Origin: Thermoplasmata archaeon
GTDB lineage: Archaea; Thermoplasmatota; Thermoplasmata; RBG-16-68-12; JAJISG01
Direction: 5' to 3'
NCBI GenBank assembly: GCA_046759985.1
Contig: JBHIDH010000001.1
Coordinates: 8,634 to 32,633 of the forward strand
DNA: 24,000 nt
Below are positions 23,438 through 24,000 of this stretch, in pieces (the stretch's first letter is position 1; every line of letters starts with the position of its first letter). The notes beneath the pieces are model-generated. The model ran no database searches. It saw only the letters and a list, made by a program, of their open reading frames with translations, and had not been told where the DNA came from. The translations under genes were made by a program, and so were the position numbers.

Positions 23438-24000
23438 ATGATTTCGGCCGTCGTGCTGGCCGCGGGGACTTCTTCGCGAATGGGGCGCCCCAAACCGCTG
23501 CTGGAGGTGGGAGGTGAGCGGCTCCTTGCGCGAGTGGTCGAGGCCGTGTATCAATCCGCCGCCGAGGAGATCGTCGTGGTCCTGGGGGACGACGCGGACC
23601 GCATCCGGAGGGAAGTTCCTCTCGACGGGGCCAGGGTGGTCCTCAACGAGCGTTACGCCGAGGGCATGAGCACCTCGATTCGGGCGGGGCTTCGATCGCT
23701 CCCGGAGGACGCCGAGAGCTCCTTCGTCGTGTTGGGGGACCAGCCCTTCCTGCAAACGACGACCCTCGACGCCCTGGCGGAGGGGTGGAAGGCCACCCAC
23801 GCTCCCGTCCTCATCCCGACCTTCCGCGGCGTCCGCGGCAACCCCGTGCTCCTCGATCGTTCTGTCTTCGAGGATGTCCAGCGTATTGCGGGGGACCGGG
23901 GCTGTCGAAGCATCTTTGGCGACTACGAGGACGCGATTGTGGAGGTCCCGGTGGCCGATCCCGGCGTCCTGCTGGACATCGACACCGAAGAACAGCTCGA
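23438..24000 (+). CDS. MobA/MocA-like nucleotidyltransferase (molybdenum cofactor cytidylyl/guanylyl-transferase family); 3' end lies outside the window
   Basis: Absent from the ORF track because there is no stop in the window. Hand translation gives MISAVVLAAGTSSRMGRPKPLLEVGGERLL...VLGDQPFL...GNPVLLDR...DIDTEEQL. AGGTGG SD 4 nt before the ATG. Confidence 0.85.
   Translation, partial: MISAVVLAAGTSSRMGRPKPLLEVGGERLLARVVEAVYQSAAEEIVVVLGDDADRIRREVPLDGARVVLNERYAEGMSTSIRAGLRSLPEDAESSFVVLGDQPFLQTTTLDALAEGWKATHAPVLIPTFRGVRGNPVLLDRSVFEDVQRIAGDRGCRSIFGDYEDAIVEVPVADPGVLLDIDTEEQL

Overview
Gene-dense, high-GC window (roughly two-thirds G+C by eye) with about 31 protein-coding genes on both strands. I recognised no rRNA, tRNA, CRISPR array, transposase/integrase or phage gene. 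Short AT-rich TATA-like boxes sit 24-42 bp upstream of most start codons, so many genes look leaderless. Several gene pairs are coupled by ATGA/GTGA overlaps, and two F420-type enzyme families are present. The best reading is a non-halophilic, F420-using archaeon; the lineage cannot be determined from this window. Content in order: 3' part of aconitase; zinc-ribbon membrane protein; ABC-2 exporter (ATPase + permease); ChaC-like; PPOX/F420-type; DUF2461; RidA; small alpha/beta and SnoaL-like proteins; MscS channel with a translationally coupled, TAG-interrupted TfoX-N-like gene; ACT protein; SAM methyltransferase plus an unknown partner; aldehyde dehydrogenase + DUF779; Zn alcohol dehydrogenase; a tiny ultra-basic protein divergent from a minimal HEXXH protein that heads the split TPP decarboxylase genes comD/comE; a signal-less SsuA/NMT1-fold protein; LLM F420 oxidoreductase; NifU-like; MetE-like; MFS transporter; two small orphan genes; 5' part of a MocA-like nucleotidyltransferase. 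No clear-cut novel defence or mobile system is visible. The items most worth a second look are (i) the HEXXH/basic-protein pair wired to comDE, (ii) the sulfonate/phosphonate-flavoured neighbourhood at 12.2-22.4 kb, (iii) the in-frame TAG gene, and (iv) several structured intergenic elements. All family calls come from motif recognition by eye, not from database searches.
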